This document shows positions 7,801-17,871 of a stretch of DNA of 64,000 nt, piece by piece; positions within the stretch are counted from its first letter, which is position 1, and each line of letters starts with the position of its first letter. The position numbers and the translations under genes are program-made. Source of the stretch: Eubacteriales bacterium (GTDB lineage Bacteria; Bacillota; Clostridia; Oscillospirales; CAG-272). A model generated the notes under the pieces. It saw nothing but the letters and a program-made list of their open reading frames with translations, was not told the origin of the DNA and did not search any database. The DNA lies in assembly GCA_045578385.1 (NCBI GenBank), contig JAZNKD010000024.1, positions 44,774 to 108,773 on the forward strand. Reading direction: 5' to 3'.

Positions 7801-8218
7801 AGGTTGGTCGATTTTTTGTAAATTCACGGCCAAAAAATATATTTGTAAATATTTGTTTACTTCTGTGATTTATTTTTTGATAAAAACGTTTGTTTTGCGC
7901 CTTAAGACTTGCTTTTGAATGTCGAGTTTAATACGCTCACATACGGTAGATTTGTCTAAGAACACGTGAGTATTTACGCCCTGGCAGTTAGTCTGATATG
8001 TGTTTTCTGCAAAGGACGTTTAATCTTGGCGGTTTTATCAAGCCTAACGAAATATCTGGAAGTTAACTTCGACTGCTCGTGCTTGTTATATCGCCGATAA
8101 CCGCATTTCCAAAATTAACTCTATTTTAAAATCAGATAATAGAGTCTCGGTAGAGCTGCGGCACCGTGGCGAATTCCGTCTTTGTGAAGCACTTACGTTT
8201 TTCTCATTCCAATTATGC

Positions 8219-8662
8219 TTATTCAACCTCAACCACACCGTCAGCCTTGACGGTGATTTTCATACCGTCCTTAACGTAATTCAAAAACTCGTCGCCAAGT
8301 GAATCGATAACCGGCATCGTCACTCCGTCTACCCACACGTCTGCAAGAACTGCGCCGGCAGCGGCAAGCGAATCTATATGATTGGCGAAAAGCATACAGG
8401 CGGGGTTTTTGCCCATTGAGCAAGCGCAGTAAAGAACGAGGCCACCCGTAGTCGAGCCTATAGTCTGAGGCAAGCAAAGCGCCTTATTTATAAGTGGCTT
8501 GCCGTAAAGCTCCTTGTTGCTCTGGTCACCGCACTTAACCTCTTTATCTCCGAACTGCAACGCCATCTGAAGCGAAGCAAGGGTGTTAAATCCCTCCTTA
8601 GTTACTACGGCCTCAGCCGTTACCTCGCCGGGGGTGATAACTCTACCTTTAAACTGTTTCAT
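8219..8662 (-). CDS. Aconitase X swivel-domain subunit (DUF126 family)
   Basis: 147 aa beginning MKQFKGRVITPGEVTAEAVV. It also has the GGLVLYCACSMGKNPA region. Its start overlaps the stop of the upstream DUF521 gene. Confidence 0.75.
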   Translation of the reverse strand: MKQFKGRVITPGEVTAEAVVTKEGFNTLASLQMALQFGDKEVKCGDQSNKELYGKPLINKALCLPQTIGSTTGGLVLYCACSMGKNPACMLFANHIDSLAAAGAVLADVWVDGVTMPVIDSLGDEFLNYVKDGMKITVKADGVVEVE

Positions 8663-9936
8663 TAATTTTTACCTCCCGTAATAGCAGTAAGGATTTCTGC
8701 ATCCGTGTAATATCTTGCGCTCGTGTAAGTACGAAGCTTATTTGACGAGGTTATAACCGGCATCTTCTTACAAAGAGGGTTATTCATGTACATAAGGGGG
8801 CAGATATACGAGGTTATAACACCGGTAGCCTTAAGTCTTGTCGCATACTCGGTTTTCTCAAACGCTTCAAGAACGCCGGGAGCTGCGGTAAATACCGTCT
8901 TGATTGTAACTTTTTTCTTGCCATTTTCAGCGAGAGATTTTTCAAGCTTAACCGTCCAGTCCTTAAGCTGCTCAAGAGATAGATGGGGGCAGCCAACGAA
9001 GCAAAGCTTCGGCGTTGCATCGGGATTCTTCCAGATAACAGGATAATTGTTCTTTACTCTTTCAAGCTCGGCATCGTCAATGATGTATTCTCTTGCGCCC
9101 TCTGCTATAAGGCTCTCGCCAAGCTCTTTTGCCTCGGGAGTAAGATTTGCGATATGATAAAGTCCGACAGCGCCGTTAGAAGCTGTTGCCGCTCCGAAGT
9201 CCTTAAGATAAGCGCAAGCGGCATCGGTAAGCTCCTCGCCTATCCACTTATCAAGTCCTACGACGTAAGGAACGTCCTCCATAACCTTCATACCGATAGC
9301 GGAGCCTAGGAGCTGCGCTTCGGGCTTATTCGTGGTTTCTACCTTTATTACCCAGGTAGCTTTTCTGCCCTCGTCGGTGAGCAGTCCGAAATAAGGAACG
9401 TAGCCGACGATAGAGCCCATAATATCAATAATACCAGAATTGCGGTTGCATCTTGCGCCAAGCACCGAGTTTGCGTAAACTACCGCGCTCGACTCAGCCC
9501 AGGAGAGAACGTCTCCCTTTTTAGGCTTATTTCCTACCTCATCCATATAGCACGCGCAGGTGAAAGCGTTTTTATCCATAAGACCAAGCTTTTCAAGCTG
9601 ACCCTCGTAGAAGTCCTGCTTTGTATACATAAACTTGTTGAATACGAGATTCTGCAAGAAGTTAGCGGGAACGTTCTTGTCTAAGGGACGGGGGTCAACC
9701 GAGAACTTCTGTCCTGACGCAACGCCCGCTTCGAGAAGTATCTGCATAAGGTCGTATACGGGGGACATAACCTTAAGTCCGAAGGACGTTACGAGATGAT
9801 TGTAATCCGAAGTGATAGGTACGAGCTTCTCGGCTTCAAACGCATCGCCGTACATCACGAGAGTTTTCATAACCTTAGCAAGCGTTTTGCCCTTTTCGCC
9901 GTCGTAAATCGCCTGCTGTTCTTTAGTAAGAATCAT
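8662..9936 (-). CDS. Aconitase X catalytic-domain subunit (DUF521 family)
   Basis: 424 aa. It contains the family signature SWAESSAVVYANSVLGARCNRNSG. Confidence 0.8.
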   Translation of the reverse strand: MILTKEQQAIYDGEKGKTLAKVMKTLVMYGDAFEAEKLVPITSDYNHLVTSFGLKVMSPVYDLMQILLEAGVASGQKFSVDPRPLDKNVPANFLQNLVFNKFMYTKQDFYEGQLEKLGLMDKNAFTCACYMDEVGNKPKKGDVLSWAESSAVVYANSVLGARCNRNSGIIDIMGSIVGYVPYFGLLTDEGRKATWVIKVETTNKPEAQLLGSAIGMKVMEDVPYVVGLDKWIGEELTDAACAYLKDFGAATASNGAVGLYHIANLTPEAKELGESLIAEGAREYIIDDAELERVKNNYPVIWKNPDATPKLCFVGCPHLSLEQLKDWTVKLEKSLAENGKKKVTIKTVFTAAPGVLEAFEKTEYATRLKATGVITSYICPLMYMNNPLCKKMPVITSSNKLRTYTSARYYTDAEILTAITGGKN

Positions 9937-10090
9937 ATTTAAAGCCTTTCTTTATGATTGAATTTCATTTTTTCGGCAAAACGAAAAAATATTCCTTAAA
10001 TTGCCGGGAGCAAATTTCGCGTTGCGTAGCAAAATTTCTATAAGCGAATTTCACTTCGGCATCGCCGAAAGTTCACTGCAACGAAGCTCA

Positions 10091-12160
10091 TCAGAGCTTC
10101 ATTGCGATATCCCACGCACCCCAGATAACCGTACGGAGATTTCCTACCTTTGCGGCGTCGCCTATAACGTGAACGCGGCGTCCCTTTACCGCAAGAGGCG
10201 CAGGATTATAGCCTACGGAGAGAATTACGGAATCGCAGTCAACTGTGAAGCTGTTTCCGTCCTTACCTTTAAGTGTAACGCTTCCCACTCCTATCTCGGA
10301 AAGCGCGGTTTCAAGATATACGGGAACCTTGTTCGTCTTGAAGAAATCGCGCAGATAGCTTGTATTTGCAAGGCAAACGCCCTTGGTCGTAATAAGGTCG
10401 TCCTGCATCTCTACGATAACCGGCTTCTTACCCTTAAGATAGAGGTCGTATGCAATCTCACATCCCGTAAGTCCGCCGCCGATAACGACTACGTTTTCAC
10501 CTACGGGCTTTTTATCAAGAAGATAATCAACAGCCTCGATAGCAGTTTCGGCTCCCTTAACGGGTATTCTCTTTGCTACAGCGCCGGTTGCAACTATAAT
10601 TTCATCGGTGTCTAGAGCTTTAACATCGGTAACCTCGGTATTCATTTTAACGTCAATGGGGTATTTCGAAAGCTCGCGGATATACCAGGCTATAAGCGCT
10701 CTGTCCTTTTCCTTGAAGGACGGAGCTGCAGCCGCGATAAATACGCCGCCAAGCTTATCGGACTTTTCATAAAGAGTTACGCTGTGTCCTCTCTTAGCGC
10801 AGAGGATAGCAGCCTCCATACCGCCGATACCGCCGCCGATAACGGCAATCTTTTTCGCCTTTTTGGCAGGTTCTACGTGATATTTTCTCGACTGCATCGT
10901 CTCGGGATTGAGCGCGCAGCGCGCAAGTCCCATAGTATCCGAAAGGTCCTGGGTATTCGCGTGTCCCTTAGCCGATGAGAAATTGAAGCAACCACTATGG
11001 CAGCAAATACAGGGCTTGATATCCTCAAGTCTGTCATCAATAAGCTTGGTTATCCACTCGGGGTCAACGAGGAACTGACGCGCGACGCCGATTGCGTCTA
11101 TTCTTCCATCGGCAACAGCCTTTGCACCGACCTCAGTATCCATTCTTCCCGCGCACACCACGGGAATATCAACGAATTTCTTTATATGAGCTACATCATC
11201 AAGGTTGCAGTTCTCCGGCATATACATCGGGGGATGAGCCCAATACCACGAGTCGTAGGTGCCGTTATCAGCGTTAAGCATATCGTAGCCCGCGTCCTGA
11301 AGATACTTTGCAGCTCTTTCGGATTCCTCCATATTACGTCCTACCTCGACGTAATCCTCACCGGGAATAGCTCCCTCGCAAAAGCCCTTCATCTTTGATT
11401 CAACAGAGTAGCGGAGCGAAACGGGATAGTCGTTTCCGCAAGCTTCTTTAATTGCCTTAACTACCTCGGCCGCAAAGCGATAACGGTTCTCAAAGCTTCC
11501 GCCGTACTCGTCGGTACGCTTGTTGAAGAACTCGATTGCAAACTGGTCGAGAAGATATCCCTCGTGAACAGCGTGAACCTCAACGCCGTCTACGCCTGCA
11601 TCCTTGCAGAACTTTGCGGTCTTTGCAAACGCTTCGATGATCTCGTGGATCTGCTCTACGGTCATCTCGGGACATTCGATATCAGGTGCCCAACGCGCAG
11701 GCTGAGGAGAGGGACAAGCGAGCTCGTGAGAGGTATCAATAATAGGCTTTATCAAAGCACGGGTAAACTTGTTTTTATGTAATGGAGCAATGAGGTCGGT
11801 TATAGCCCAGGAGCGTCCCATACCTGCGGTAAGCTGAATAAAGAGCTTTGCTCCCGTCTTATGAATCTCGTCCATAAAGACCTTAAGGTCTTTAAACATC
11901 TTTGGATTCTGCCATAACCACTTGCCCCAGAAGGTATCGCGCAGAGGCGCGATACCGGGAATAATAAGTCCTACGTTATTTTTTGCTCTCTCTAGAAAGA
12001 GCTTTGCCGCCTCTTTATCAAAGTGGCAACCGGTAAGCTCAAACCAACCGAAAAGCGACGTGCCTCCCATAGGGCACATTACTATACGGTTTTTGATTTC
12101 AACGTTACCGATTTTCCAAGGCGTAAACAACGCCTCGAATCTTTCGTCAGTTCTGCTCAT
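10091..12160 (-). CDS. 2-enoate reductase / 2,4-dienoyl-CoA reductase-type flavoenzyme (OYE-like TIM barrel, Fe-S motif and FAD/NAD(P) domain)
   Basis: The OYE N-terminus is FTPWKIGNVEIKNRIVMCPMGG. A Cys cluster IKPCICCHSGC and a dinucleotide fold KIAVIGGGIGGMEAA follow. The preferred start is ATG at 12160 (MSRTDER), with AAAGGA upstream. The track ORF starts at 12178. Confidence 0.8.
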   Translation of the reverse strand: MSRTDERFEALFTPWKIGNVEIKNRIVMCPMGGTSLFGWFELTGCHFDKEAAKLFLERAKNNVGLIIPGIAPLRDTFWGKWLWQNPKMFKDLKVFMDEIHKTGAKLFIQLTAGMGRSWAITDLIAPLHKNKFTRALIKPIIDTSHELACPSPQPARWAPDIECPEMTVEQIHEIIEAFAKTAKFCKDAGVDGVEVHAVHEGYLLDQFAIEFFNKRTDEYGGSFENRYRFAAEVVKAIKEACGNDYPVSLRYSVESKMKGFCEGAIPGEDYVEVGRNMEESERAAKYLQDAGYDMLNADNGTYDSWYWAHPPMYMPENCNLDDVAHIKKFVDIPVVCAGRMDTEVGAKAVADGRIDAIGVARQFLVDPEWITKLIDDRLEDIKPCICCHSGCFNFSSAKGHANTQDLSDTMGLARCALNPETMQSRKYHVEPAKKAKKIAVIGGGIGGMEAAILCAKRGHSVTLYEKSDKLGGVFIAAAAPSFKEKDRALIAWYIRELSKYPIDVKMNTEVTDVKALDTDEIIVATGAVAKRIPVKGAETAIEAVDYLLDKKPVGENVVVIGGGLTGCEIAYDLYLKGKKPVIVEMQDDLITTKGVCLANTSYLRDFFKTNKVPVYLETALSEIGVGSVTLKGKDGNSFTVDCDSVILSVGYNPAPLAVKGRRVHVIGDAAKVGNLRTVIWGAWDIAMKL

Positions 12161-12418
12161 TTGAATAGTTCCTTTCAAATTTGTTTTTTTCTATACCTTT
12201 TTATACCTTGCTTTTCATTAACAGTATAACACAACGGTTATGGTATGTCAACGCATATCGTGATATTTTTACCGTTCAACCAGTCTGGAATAATCTTCGT
12301 TATAATGGCCAAAAACGTGTGGAAAACAAAATAAAAAATCAAAGGGATTGACATTGAAAAAAGATTATGTTAAGATATCGTTAATAAATATTTTTAATCA
12401 ATCGGAAAGGATAAGTCT

Positions 12419-13312
12419 ATGGAAAAAAACAATCTTAAGGGTTGGCTTTATCTTTTACCCGCTTTCCTATTTCTCGGCGTATTTATGGTCTATCCACTGA
12501 TAGACGTTTTTATCTACTCGTTTGAGGAGGGCTTCAACTTCGCTTCGGGAACGTATTTCGGAGTCGGATTTTATAACTATTCCTACGTCTTAAACGACCC
12601 GTATTTTCTGCAGGCTCTCAAAAACACCTTTATTCTGGTTATGATAACCGTTCCCGTTTCTACCCTGCTCGCGCTCGGTATATCGGTCGGTCTTGCGTCT
12701 ATAGAAAAGCTGAGACACGCTTTTCAGACTATATTTTTCCTTCCCTACGTTACCAATACCCTTGCCGTAGGTCTCGTATTTATGATACTCTTTCAGAAAA
12801 CAGAATATACCGACGGTCTTGTCAACATCGTTCTCAGCATATTCGGGATGTCTCCGATAGACTTTATCGACGGTCCGTACTGGGCTAAAATGTTGGTGCT
12901 TTGCTTCTACACGGTATGGGTGGTTCTCCCTTTCAAAATTCTGATTCTGACAAGTGCGCTTGCCTCGGTAAAAAAGGACTACTACGATGCCGCAAAAATA
13001 GACGGCACTCCGAGATGGAGAGTGTTCACAAAAATAACCCTCCCGATGATATCACCTATGCTCTTTTATCTTATTATCACGGGATTTATCGGTGCATTCA
13101 AGGCGTACAGTGATGCGGTCGCTCTGTTCGGAACTGAGCTTAACGTAGCCGAAATGAACACAATCGTTGGCTATATCTATGATATGCTGTACGGAGACGG
13201 CGGCGGGTATCCCTCCTTTGCATCTGCTGCTGCGGTAATACTTTTCGTTATCGTTCTCGCCATAACGACTATAAATCTTATGGTCAGCCGAAAGCACGTA
13301 CACTACTCGTGA
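12419..13312 (+). CDS. Carbohydrate ABC transporter permease (MalF/UgpA-like)
   Basis: 297 aa with 6 predicted TM segments. The EAA-like loop is DYYDAAKIDGTPRWRVFTKITLP. Confidence 0.85.
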   Translation: MEKNNLKGWLYLLPAFLFLGVFMVYPLIDVFIYSFEEGFNFASGTYFGVGFYNYSYVLNDPYFLQALKNTFILVMITVPVSTLLALGISVGLASIEKLRHAFQTIFFLPYVTNTLAVGLVFMILFQKTEYTDGLVNIVLSIFGMSPIDFIDGPYWAKMLVLCFYTVWVVLPFKILILTSALASVKKDYYDAAKIDGTPRWRVFTKITLPMISPMLFYLIITGFIGAFKAYSDAVALFGTELNVAEMNTIVGYIYDMLYGDGGGYPSFASAAAVILFVIVLAITTINLMVSRKHVHYS

Positions 13313-13325
13313 AAGGAGTTAGCAT

Positions 13326-14195
13326 ATGGAAAACAGCTTGATACAAAAGAGCCGAGAACGCGAAAGAAATCAAAAAATCGTAAAGGGAATCACCTATGCC
13401 GTACTCACCGTATGGGCGCTTGTAGTTCTCTTCCCTTTTTTCTGGATGATACTTACTTCTATAAAAAGCTATGGCTCGTATAACTCAGAGGGCGTACCGA
13501 AATTTTATCCTACAGACCCTACCTTTGACAACTATATAACCGCGTTTACAAGCGTACCGCTTTTCGATTATTTTATAAACACATTTATATTCACCGTGTC
13601 TACAACGGCACTTATGCTCGTAGTTACAGTTCTCGCCGCGTTCGGCTTTTCAAGAATCAGCTTCAAGGGCAAAAAACTTGCGTTTACGCTGTTTTTATCC
13701 CTTATGATGATTCCCTCGGAGCTCGTCGTAATAACAAACTTCGTGACGGTTACGAATATGGACCTCCGAAATACCTTTATGGGACTTATTCTCCCCTCGG
13801 TAACGTCGGTATTCTATATTTATCTGCTCAAAGAAAACTTTTCAACCATTCCCGACGAGCTTTATTATGCCGCCAAGGTAGACGGAACAAGTGACCTCAA
13901 GTATTTGTGCAAGGTTATGATACCTATCTGCCGTCCAACTATCGTTACGATAACCATTCTTAAGGTAATCGAGTGCTGGAACTCTTACGTATGGCCCAGA
14001 CTTATTACCGACAACGAGAGATATTTTCTCGTTTCGAATGGTATTCAGGCAATACGTGAGGGTGGATTCGGACGTGAAAATATCCCCGCTATGATGGCAG
14101 CAGTTACCGTTATTTCGATACCTCTTATAATACTATTCTTGGTATTCCGCAAAAAGATTATGGAGGGCGTTGCAAGAGGAGGTACAAAGGGATGA
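13326..14195 (+). CDS. Carbohydrate ABC transporter permease (MalG/UgpE-like)
   Basis: 289 aa. The loop is ELYYAAKVDGTSDLKYLCKVMIP. Confidence 0.85.
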   Translation: MENSLIQKSRERERNQKIVKGITYAVLTVWALVVLFPFFWMILTSIKSYGSYNSEGVPKFYPTDPTFDNYITAFTSVPLFDYFINTFIFTVSTTALMLVVTVLAAFGFSRISFKGKKLAFTLFLSLMMIPSELVVITNFVTVTNMDLRNTFMGLILPSVTSVFYIYLLKENFSTIPDELYYAAKVDGTSDLKYLCKVMIPICRPTIVTITILKVIECWNSYVWPRLITDNERYFLVSNGIQAIREGGFGRENIPAMMAAVTVISIPLIILFLVFRKKIMEGVARGGTKG

Positions 14196-15757
14196 AAAAA
14201 TCGATTTCATTACTCTTAATTGCAACACTCGCTCTTTCGCTTTTATCTCTCACGGGCTGCCACGGCAGGCGCGCTCTTGACCCATTCGTTATGCCCGATG
14301 AGCTTGACACTTCAAGGGAGATAGAAATCAGCTTCTGGGCAAAAAATGACACCAATCAGACGCAGGTGAACGTTTACAGAAATGCAATTTCCGCATTTGA
14401 AAAGGCTTACCCGAGCATAAAGGTAAGCCTGAAGCTTTACAACGACTACGGAAGAATTTACAGCGACGTCATAACGAATATCACGACCGATACGACACCT
14501 AACGTCTGCATCACCTATCCCGACCATATAGCCACTTATATGACGGGAAAGAACGTCATAGTTCCGCTTGACTCGCTTATGGGCGACGAAAAATACGGTC
14601 TTGGCGGAAGCGAAGTAAACTTCGACTCTGTAAAGGCCGACGAGATAGTGCCCGAATTTCTTGCCGAATGCGTCATAGGTGAAAATCATTATGCTCTGCC
14701 GTATATGCGCTCGACCGAGGCGTGCTATGTAAACAAAACCTACGTTGAGGCGCTCGGCTATACGCTCCCCCCCGTTCTGACATGGGACTTCATATGGGAG
14801 GTATCCGAGGCGGCGCTCGCGAAGAATCCCGACGGCACTTATAAGGTCAACGGACAGAAAACGCTGATTCCCTTTATCTACAAATCCACCGATAATATGA
14901 TGATACAGATGGTGAAGCAGAAGGGTGCGGGATATTCGAATGAAAATGGCGAGATACTCCTCTTTAACGACGACGTAAAGGATATCCTTTTCACCGTTTC
15001 GGAGCACGCCGAAACCAGAGCCTTCTCCACTTTCAAGATTTCAAGTTATCCCGCAAACTTCTTGAACGCGGGGCAATGCATATTTGCGATAGATTCCACC
15101 GCAGGCGCAACCTGGATGGGAAGCTCTGCACCGAATATCGATATTCCCGATGATAAGCTCGTGAAATTCGAGACCGCCGTTATGACTGTTCCTCAGTATG
15201 ACACCGAGAACCCCGTTATGATATCTCAGGGCCCCTCGATGTGTATTTTCAACAAGTTAGACAGTCAGGAGGTTCTCGCGTCCTGGCTCTTTATGCAGTT
15301 CCTTTTAACCGACGAGGTGCAGTTTGCATACTCCACGACCGAGGGCTACGTTCCCGTAACGACAAAGGCGCAGAACAGCGAGGATTACAAGACTTACCTT
15401 TCCGGCAAGGGCGAGATAAGCGAAGGATATCTGAACTATCTTTTCCAGGACGGCGCACCCCCGAAAAGCTATCTCACCGACGGTGGTGATTTCGATAAGG
15501 AAGCATTCTACGCTGACTTTTACTACAAAACCAAACTTGAAGCAACCGAACTTCTGATTGAAAATACCGAAAACACCTTCGTTACACCTGTATTCAACGG
15601 CTCCGCATCCTTAAGAAACGCAGCGGGACAGCTTATCGAAGAAGTAACTAAAGCAGAACGTCGCGGCAAGGACGTCAACGATAAGTTTATAAAGGACCTC
15701 TACCGCGAAATGATATCGCTCTACAAGCTAAACAGACCTATACCCAAAGCAAACTGA
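14192..15757 (+). CDS. Extracellular solute-binding lipoprotein of the sugar ABC transporter
   Basis: The signal peptide carries the lipobox LSLTGC. The protein is 521 aa, and its start overlaps the permease stop in an ATGA arrangement. Confidence 0.8.
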   Translation: MKKSISLLLIATLALSLLSLTGCHGRRALDPFVMPDELDTSREIEISFWAKNDTNQTQVNVYRNAISAFEKAYPSIKVSLKLYNDYGRIYSDVITNITTDTTPNVCITYPDHIATYMTGKNVIVPLDSLMGDEKYGLGGSEVNFDSVKADEIVPEFLAECVIGENHYALPYMRSTEACYVNKTYVEALGYTLPPVLTWDFIWEVSEAALAKNPDGTYKVNGQKTLIPFIYKSTDNMMIQMVKQKGAGYSNENGEILLFNDDVKDILFTVSEHAETRAFSTFKISSYPANFLNAGQCIFAIDSTAGATWMGSSAPNIDIPDDKLVKFETAVMTVPQYDTENPVMISQGPSMCIFNKLDSQEVLASWLFMQFLLTDEVQFAYSTTEGYVPVTTKAQNSEDYKTYLSGKGEISEGYLNYLFQDGAPPKSYLTDGGDFDKEAFYADFYYKTKLEATELLIENTENTFVTPVFNGSASLRNAAGQLIEEVTKAERRGKDVNDKFIKDLYREMISLYKLNRPIPKAN

Positions 15758-15962
15758 GAGTCTCGCTTTCGCTTCAATGCACGTTCGGGTTTTGCTATAT
15801 GCACAATTAACCGACTTATAAAGCCTTCTTTAATATAGTAAATCACGAAAAACTGCTCAAAGCAAAAGTAAACCTTGACTTTTTACAAAAAAAGTTTATA
15901 ATAATATTAAACAAGAATATTTTCTTGCCAATTTTTTAAAAACAGAAAAGGAAGAAACAAAG

Positions 15963-16643
15963 ATGAAGAAAATCGTAAGTGTACTTTTACTCTTGGTTCT
16001 CGCTCTTTCCGTATCTCTCGTTTCCTGCGATATGACTAAAACTATGTCGTACGACGAGTACGTAGCTGCAGAGCTTGATGCGGAAGTAGTTGTTGACGTT
16101 TACGTTCAGGCTACTCAGTCCTGGTGGGATAACAAGATCACCGTTTACGCAGCTGACAAGGACGGCGCTTATTTCATTTATGAAATGGCATGCTCCGAAG
16201 AAGATGCGGCAAAGCTTACCGCGGGTACTAAGATCAGAGTTACCGGCGTTAAGGCTGAATGGGCAGGTGAGGTTGAAATCACAGAGGCTACCTTTGAGTT
16301 CCTCAAGGGCGAATACGTAGCACCCGTCAAGGATCTTACCGACAAACTTGGAAGCGATGACCTCATTAACTACCAGAACCAGTTTGCAGCATTCAAGGGT
16401 CTCACCGTTAAGAGCGTTGCTTATAAGAACGATGCTCCCGGTGCCGGCAACGATATCTACGTTACCGTTACCAAGAACGGCGCTGATTACGACTTCTGCG
16501 TTGAGGCTTACCTCACCGCTCCCGGTTCCGACGTTTACGATGCTTTTGCTGATATAAAGGCAGGCGACGTTATCGACGTTGAAGGCTTCGTTTACTGGTA
16601 CGAGGGCGTTAATACGCACATCACCAAGGTTACCGTTAAGTAA
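15963..16643 (+). CDS. Hypothetical lipoprotein
   Basis: The signal peptide MKKIVSVLLLLVLALSVSLVSC carries a lipobox. The acidic 226-aa protein has two internally similar halves. No family was recognised. Confidence 0.6.
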   Translation: MKKIVSVLLLLVLALSVSLVSCDMTKTMSYDEYVAAELDAEVVVDVYVQATQSWWDNKITVYAADKDGAYFIYEMACSEEDAAKLTAGTKIRVTGVKAEWAGEVEITEATFEFLKGEYVAPVKDLTDKLGSDDLINYQNQFAAFKGLTVKSVAYKNDAPGAGNDIYVTVTKNGADYDFCVEAYLTAPGSDVYDAFADIKAGDVIDVEGFVYWYEGVNTHITKVTVK

Positions 16644-16687
16644 TCTTCCTATAACATATTTTAAATCGTGTTGCTCAAGCGCAACGA

Positions 16688-16730
16688 AAAAAGAGGGAGT
16701 ATCGGTTTCGATGCCCCCTCTTTTCGTTTT
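16688..16730 (+). terminator. Rho-independent terminator
   Basis: AAGAGGGAG pairs with CCCCCTCTT across a loop, followed by TTCGTTTT. Confidence 0.6.
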
Positions 16731-16921
16731 GTTAACCAACACAACAGATAGTATTGTTTAAAAGCGCATGTTATAAACCACCCATTTGATAAATCAAAGT
16801 CCGAGTTTTTGTAAAGTGTGTCAGAAAAGGCACAAAGCCACCAAGAAAAGACAAAATATTTTGTTGACTTGACGAAAAATATATGATACCATTTATGTGT
16901 AAAAACATTGCGGAGGCTATT

Positions 16922-17794
16922 ATGATAACCGAGAAGGATATACGAATAATTGAGGAATACGAGGATATTCACGATATTCTCGACTTCACGCCGGGTAAAT
17001 ATTCCGTGCCGCCCGATAAGCTTGAAGATGAACTTGAAAAGGCCGGAATGTTAAAGATGTATAAAAAATGGGACAAATATCTTAAAAATTGCGGATTCAG
17101 ATTCGCTTATCCGATGCCGATGAATCTTCGAACCGGAGCTTTGATTTACTATCTTGAGACCAATCTGTCCGTCGAAGGCGATCATTCTCAGGACTGCGTT
17201 GTAATGTACGCATATCTTACGGCGGAAAAGGTACTTTTCCTCTACGACAGCACGAAGATTAACCACTATTACACCGATTATCCCATCGACCTTGACGCAA
17301 AGCTTCAAAAATTCTACGATAAGAATTACGACTACATAAACTTCTATCCGCCAAACCATAAAATAGAAATAAAAAACGTAGGTTACACAACCTATTTCAT
17401 AAGCGAGCAATGCGATTCGCTCTACTTCCGCTTTGACGATTTTGCAAGGCTGGCTATATCGCTCGACCGCGAAATGCACAAAAGATATCCCTTCCTCGAG
17501 CTTCACGAATACGAGCTTTTTGAGAATGCGTACCTTAATCGCACGCTTTCGGGAGACGAATACGTTCACCCTGCCTTCGAGCAAATGTCCTTCGAGAGCA
17601 TTCTCTACTCGTTTATAGGCTCGTCCTTTGCCGAGACGAGAGAAGAATGCCTTAATCGCGCTAAAGGCGAGCTATATAAGCTTACAGAGAAAAACAGCGA
17701 GCTTATGCAATATATCGTTGACGCTGTTTGCAAGCTTGAGGTTATGAGTGACGATGAATTTCGCAATATAAAATATAAAGTATTTGATATTTAG
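16922..17794 (+). CDS. Hypothetical cytoplasmic protein (about 290 aa), no recognisable domain
   Basis: The ORF is in the same orientation as the downstream RNA ligase and ends 77 nt upstream of it. The preferred start is ATG at 16922, with GGAGG 5 nt upstream. The track ORF starts at 16883. Confidence 0.5.
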   Translation: MITEKDIRIIEEYEDIHDILDFTPGKYSVPPDKLEDELEKAGMLKMYKKWDKYLKNCGFRFAYPMPMNLRTGALIYYLETNLSVEGDHSQDCVVMYAYLTAEKVLFLYDSTKINHYYTDYPIDLDAKLQKFYDKNYDYINFYPPNHKIEIKNVGYTTYFISEQCDSLYFRFDDFARLAISLDREMHKRYPFLELHEYELFENAYLNRTLSGDEYVHPAFEQMSFESILYSFIGSSFAETREECLNRAKGELYKLTEKNSELMQYIVDAVCKLEVMSDDEFRNIKYKVFDI

Positions 17795-17871
17795 TCAGAA
17801 GTTTTTTAAACTACTATTTACATATTAAAGCATTTTTATAAATTTGCATCTATTATACCAAGAGGAAACAA

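Noticed and set aside
15987-16742. 251-aa minus-strand ORF overlapping the lipoprotein gene. Other long antisense ORFs of the same kind are at 14312-15007, 19291-20028, 33527-34198, 10001-10615, 44184-44807, 23145-23582, 24156-24999 and 28174-28626.
   Set aside because: Each lies opposite a gene with strong family motifs or a signal peptide. None has a start context, and all have atypical composition. I treat them all as shadow ORFs.
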